60,000 nucleotides of DNA from Lytechinus pictus (Eukaryota): positions 18,912,001 through 18,972,000 of the forward strand of contig NC_087251.1 in NCBI RefSeq assembly GCF_037042905.1, read 5' to 3'. Position 1 is the stretch's first letter, and each line of letters begins with the position of its first letter. Shown in pieces: positions 54,401 through 60,000 of the stretch. Below the pieces are notes generated by a model that saw only the letters and a program-made list of their open reading frames with translations, did not search any database and was not told the DNA's origin. The translations under genes and the position numbers were made by a program.

Positions 54401-57400
54401 TTGCAAGTAATACTGTAAGGGAACTATCAAGGAAGTGAAATTAATATGAAATGCAAAAAAACAACTACTAAGGATGGTATTTGTACAGCAAGAATAAAGT
54501 TTTGGAGTTTTCTAGAGGAACACAAAGTATAGAAGGTAGATCCATGATGTGACTTTACTGAAATACATGTAGATGGTTCAACTGCATAGAGTATGGGAAA
54601 TGGATCTCAGGGGCAGGCCTTTATAATGATTAATGAATAATGAAAACAAATAATGCAAAAACTTTTAAAGCTCTCTAGATAATCTAAGTTTAGAAAGTAG
54701 ATCAGCATGCCATGAAGTGCTGAAATTAGTTACTCATGGGAAGGGTGATCACAGTGAATAATCATATTTAGTCAAATTTCACTGTACACTTCATGATCTT
54801 GATGACCAGAAATACATTCTGTAGCCATTATTGACTTTTTGCTGATCAATAAAGTGACTTTTGTCCATTATAAGCTTGTATCAGCTTGATTTTATACTGT
54901 ATATGACTTTTTTTTTTTTTTTTAATAAAGACGGAAATCATTGTATTACTCAAGGTTTTTTTAAAATCTGATTTGATTAAATTACTTTTGTTATATTCAT
55001 TCTAGTGATTCAGTTGCCAATATTGTTGGACTCTATAGGTGGTATTCTCATAGCAAAGATAAATCTACCTCTAGATTAATCAGACCATAGTTTTATGGAG
55101 CCCCAACTGCCATCGCATATACAGTGCGTCCCCCAAAAAAACTATACACTTTTGGAATGGCTGCCAAATAAAAAATATAGCATTTTGGGGGAAATAACTT
55201 ACATATATGGAAAGCCAATAAAGTCAACTTTCAAATGACACCAACAAAACTGGAAAACTGTTCATGCTTGAGCGAGCACTGCCCACTGAAACAAAGGGTA
55301 TGAAAATTAGGGTGGGCTGGAATTAGCCTTCCAATTTATGTCAGTTTTTAAGAGGCAAATCCTTTAGAACTTGCAAAGTTAAGGGCGTTGTGATAAATTA
55401 ATGATCAACCGTGACCAGTTTTGGTTGCTTATGCAAATTTTATAAATTATTAAATTGAACTTTAATGCATGAGTGAACACAAATTACACTTTTTGGGCAG
55501 CATTTCAACTTTATCATGTGGATCTCAGCAATGTGTTCATGGAAGTCGAGAGAATAGGGGGTGAGATAGGACTTAAGTGGGAGAAGTAGGTTGATGGAAT
55601 AAGGGTCAACAGAACATTCAGCCCCCGCCCCCTCCCTCTTTTCCGCCCTCTCCCTCTTTCTCGCCCTCCCCTCCTGTTGAGAGACTGATGGCTATTGTCA
55701 TGTACACGTGAAGTCCAGAGCGGAATGTTGATTTAATGATTTATTCTGAATTGGGGCATCAACTTTTTCCTATCAATCATTTCATCAACAATTTATCAGT
55801 AAATCAACTCATTCAATGTGCAATGTGATCAATCAAACATTCATTTTTTTAAATAAATTATTTAATTAATCATCATAATCATTAAATTTCTTGGTAATAA
55901 TTCAATAAAAAAGTGACCATCAGCCACCGGTCACTTGGCAGCTAAGTTTTGAATAGGCTACAATCCAGGAAGTGAGACAGAGAGGGGGGGGGGCTGGGAA
56001 ATGGGGGTGGAGAGGGGAGGGTACATATGACTTTTAATTTGTAAAAGGACAAAAAGAAGAGGAATGCCCTTTTCACCAAGTCTTAGCATATCTCGCCCTC
56101 TTGCTTGTAACAGGTACCATCACATTACTCTGACTCTCACGAACACACTTCTGAGGTTCACAAGATGATTATGCTACACTAAAATTTCAATTCCTGTTCA
56201 CTCATGCATTAAATTTCAATTTAGTAACTCATGAAATTTGCCTAAGAAACCAAAACTTATCTCACTCATTAATTTAGCTTAGCAAGTTCCAAGGGACTAA
56301 CCACACAAAAAATTTGTAAGGCTAATTCCTGCCCAGCCTAGCCGAGCTTAGTGTCTGAGGAGGAGAGAAGCAGGGGGGTTGCTAAATGTTCTGTTGACCT
56401 TTATCCCATCAACGTACTTCACCTACCTAAGTCATATTACCCCCTCTTCTCCTGACTTTCATAAACACATTGTTGAGATCCACATGATAAAGACAAAATG
56501 CTGCACTAAAAATTAGCAATTCACGATCACTCATGCATTAAATTTCAATGTAATAAAATCAATTTAATAACGCATTAAATTTTCACAAACAACAAACTGA
56601 TCATTTTGATCTTTAATTCACCACATAACCCTCAACTTTGCAAGTACCAAACAAAAAACCTGAAAGAAATTGGAAGGCTAATTCCAGCCCACCCTAATTT
56701 TCATACCCTTTGTTTCAGTGGGCAGTGCTCGCTCAAGCATGAATAGTTTTCCAACTTTTTTGTGTCACTTGGAAGTTGACTTTATTGGCTTTCCATATCT
56801 ATAAGTTATTTCCCCCAAAGTGCTTTATTTTTTATTTGGCAGCCATTTCAAAAGTGTATATTTTTTTTGGGGATGCACTGTATTTACAAAGCATAAATTT
56901 TTAATCCTGCAGAGAAAGTTGTCCAAATGACTTTTGTTACAAAATTGTAAGAAATAGATGATTGTTGGCTATATTAAATTTGAATGAATTGTTTGGGACA
57001 TATTTGTCATGGATATTGAAGAAGTAAGATTAACACTGGCATTTCATGTAAATGTGGAACAAAATTGTTATCATCTGTTTTTCTTCTTTTCTTTATCTTC
57101 AGTTAAAACCAGTTGAATTTCTCTTAGGAAGCACAGCCAAGTTAGGAGAACTGATTGTCTTGGGTATGCTAACACAGCTCAAAGAGGTAAGTGAATTTAT
57201 TAAGATATAAATTTGAGGATATCTATCACATGTCTCTCTGTGATTTATCCACATGTTGTTTTTATGTGTCATCCACAAATGCAATGTATACATTTCTTTC
57301 TCTGAATATCTCAATTTCTTTATTTATATGATTTGCAATTATTTTTCCACTCATATCATATTTTTGACATACTGTAATCAGTCATTGTTTCACCAATTAT

Positions 57401-57803
57401 CGTTCATTGAACTTTGTCATTTGGCTGGCCTTTATCATACCTGCCTACTGTTCCTATTATAGGAATCATCATAGTTTTGGGAAAGGAAAATTGTCATTTT
57501 AATACGCATATTTCTATTTTTTGTGAAAACTTTTGTGTAGTATTGAATTGGAAATTTAAGACTGTCCCTATTTCTGGAAAATTCTTAGTAATTTGTTCCC
57601 ATTTCTTGGTTCACAGGGATGGCAGGTATGCTTTCTGTATGTACCCCAATTTTATCTTTGTACAATAGCCATATAAAGTCATATTAATGTTGACATGCTG
57701 TTCATGTCACTGACATAGTGTACTTTTCTTGTATTCAATTTTGCAGGGCAAATTTTATTTAGAGGATCCTACCGGTGCTGTTAAACTCGATCTAGCCAAA
57801 GCA
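51437..57803 (+). CDS. POLE2: DNA polymerase epsilon subunit 2, first 6 exons (continues beyond window)
   Basis: Exons 51437-51501, 52590-52690, 53149-53302, 54017-54173, 57103-57186, 57747-57803 in frame: [82 protein letters not shown]. Confidence 0.96.
52010..52400 (-). mobile_element. Crypton-like non-autonomous element (long hairpin + separate short IR)
   Basis: ~175-bp imperfect palindrome 52017-52193 (ACAAATAATGCA..TGCATTATTTGT) adjoining an IR pair TTATAAAATAGC (52196) / GCTATTTTATAA (52389). Confidence 0.6.
55122..56880. mobile_element. Tc1-like non-autonomous element with very long TIRs
   Basis: TA|CAGTGCGTCCCC ... GGGGATGCACTG|TA; ~215 bp near-perfect IR, recognisable to ~500 bp; no ORF. 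Confidence 0.9.
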
Positions 57804-57832
57804 ATATCCTTTGAAAATATATGTTGATTTTT

Positions 57833-59170
57833 TGTCTCGCCTGCATAGCAGAGCGAGACTATAGGCGCCGCTTTTCCGACGGCGGCGGCGGCGTCAACAT
57901 CAAATCTTAACCTAAGGTTAAGTTTTTGAAATGACATCATAACTTAGAAAGTATATGGACCTAGTTCATGAAACTTGGACATAAGGTTAATCAAGTATTA
58001 CTGAACATCCTGCCTGACTTTCAGGTCACATGACCAAGGTCAAAGGTCATTTAGGGTCAATGAACTTAGACCATGTTGGGAAAATTATTTTCAAAATCTT
58101 ATCCGAAGGTTAAGTTTTTGAAATGACATCATAACTTAGAAAGTATATGGACCTAGTTCATGAAACATGGGCATAAGGTTAATCAAGTATTAGTGAACAT
58201 CCTGCTCGAGTTTCAGGTCACGTGACCAAGGTCAAAGGTCATTTAGGGTCAATGAACTTTGGTCAAGTTGGGGGTATTTGTTGAATTACTATCATAAGTT
58301 TGAAAATTTATGGATCTAGTCCATGAAACTTGGACATAAGGTTAATCAAGTATTAGTAAACATCCTGCCTGAGTTTCAGGTCACATGACCAAGGTCAAAG
58401 GTCATTTAGGGTCAATGAACTTTGGCCAAGTTCGGGGTATTTGTTGAATTACCATCATAACTTTGAAAATTTATGGATTTAGTTCATGAAACTTGGACAT
58501 TAGGTTAATCAAGTACCACTGAATATCCTGTGTGAGTTTCAGGTCACATGACCTTGGTCAATGGTCATTTAAGGTCAATGAACTTTGGCCGTGTTGGGCG
58601 TATATGTTAAATTACCATCCTAACTCTGAAAGTTTATGGATCTAGTTCATAAAACTTGGACATAAGAGTAATCAAGTATCACTGAACATCCTGTACGAGT
58701 TTCAGGTCACATGACCATGGTCAAAGGTCATTAAAGGTCAATGAACTTTGGCCGTGTTGGGGGTATTTGTTGAATTACCATCCTAACTCTGAAAGTTTAT
58801 GGATCTAGTTCATAAAACTTGGGATATAAGAGTAATCAAGCATCACTGAACATCCCCTGTGAGTTTCAGGTCACAAAACCAAGTCAAAGGTCAGTTAAGG
58901 TCAATAAACTTAGGCCATGTTGGGGTAATTGTTGAAGTGCCATCATAACTTTGAAAGTTTACGGATAGAGTGAATGAAATGTGGACATGGGTGTAGTTGA
59001 CAAGTCTTAAGTCACCGTTCAAATGTCATCTATGGTCAATGAACGTGGTATTATATCATTATATGAATGGTGTTTTTGTGAATGATTATTTTATAGTAGT
59101 TTTCAAAGTTAGCACTGCTGCTATGTTAAATTGCGTAATGCAGGCGAGACTGCCAGAGGCGTTCCACTTA
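57833..59170 (-). mobile_element. HINE-like element family B, copy 2 (inverted, ~6-7 units)
   Basis: Reverse-complement match to 46612-47584 at both ends; GTCTCGCCTGCAT (57834) / ATGCAGGCGAGAC (59138); (GGC)n. Confidence 0.85.
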
Positions 59171-59304
59171 TTTTTGTGTTGTCACCCACGTCCGCATATG
59201 TGGATGTCATGTGACTTATCTAGCCAATTAGAGACATGTACCCTGCAAGGTACCGTGCATACGGCACTTTGACAGATTTATAAGGCCTGCTTTTACAAAC
59301 TTTG

Positions 59305-59357
59305 CTCATCCTCCTGAAGACGACAAGAACACAATTGTCAAAACGTCGAGATTGGGT
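59305..59357 (+). ncRNA. Degenerate minimal type I hammerhead ribozyme motif (Penelope-type)
   Basis: CTC-CTGAAGA-C-GACAA-gaacacaa-TTGTC-AAAA-CGTC-GAG: core, stem II, palindromic ACGT stem III, GTC cleavage triplet; GAAA mutated to AAAA. Confidence 0.6.
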
Positions 59358-60000
59358 GGTCCTTTTCAGGACCAACACTTGCCCAAGAAAGATACATGGT
59401 GTACTGTGAAACCTACTACACTATTGATTAAAAGAATAACTGAAACTTGATTTCAATGAAATATTTTTTGTATTACTCAATGAGTAGTGTATCTGGACTG
59501 GGGTTAAGCCAAGTGATCAATATATAATCATTTTTTTTCTGCATATGAGTGCTCAGACATCACATGCATGATTAGACATGCACTTGTGTTGTATGCAAAG
59601 AATGTTTATTGTGGACAAATAGATGTATGCAATCTGATTTTATGAATCCTAGATTCATCCTTCTGTAGAATCTCAAAAGAATTATTATTTTCTTTAAGGA
59701 TATCGTTTGACATACCAACAAAACTTTATCACACCCAAACTGGTCATATTCGCTTTCTTTCCCAACTTAATTTGAAAGAAAAAAGTAGACGAAAACAAGT
59801 TCTCTCCAAATCAGTTACAATTTCTATTCAAGAGAATTTAACAACCTGTAGAACAATGGGACAAATTTTTATTTTCATTTCAGGGGGGTTGAGAATTCAG
59901 AGGAGAAATTTCTGCATCGAAGTCTGATGGTGAATTCAATTTGAAGTTTAGATATTCCTAATGTTTACTATAGGCTGTAAAATGATGTTTCCTTGACAGG

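Larger units (their letters stand above)
57804..60000 (+). other. U12-type (minor) intron of POLE2 with AT 5' end
   Basis: Exon ends ..AAA GCA|ATATCCTTTG; U12 branch consensus TTTCCTTGAC at 59988-59997; 3' splice site expected just past the window end. Confidence 0.88.

Overview
AT-rich, intron-rich animal genomic DNA; gene content and repeat style suggest a marine invertebrate such as a sea urchin (inference). Four spliced genes were reconstructed by hand: the 3' part of a C19orf47-like gene (+, to 5551), a complete 13-exon ERO1 (-, 41473..20152), a complete 6-exon TEDC1/C14orf80-like gene (-, 50871..43970) and the 5' part of POLE2 (+, from 51437), head-to-head with TEDC1. POLE2 has a minor-spliceosome AT-AC intron starting at 57804. 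Introns carry many non-autonomous elements: three Helentron/HINE-like satellite-bearing elements, Tc1-, Kolobok-, Harbinger-, hAT5- and Crypton-like MITEs, and two Penelope-type hammerhead remnants. The most striking structure is a 6.3-kb insert (13125..19398) bounded by a 16-bp direct repeat and ending in ATTAAA plus an A-run. It strings together same-strand relics of LINE ORF1, two PNMA-like Gypsy gag copies, a MADF domain and a BED/hAT transposase, just downstream of and antisense to ERO1. All calls are by eye; no database search was run.
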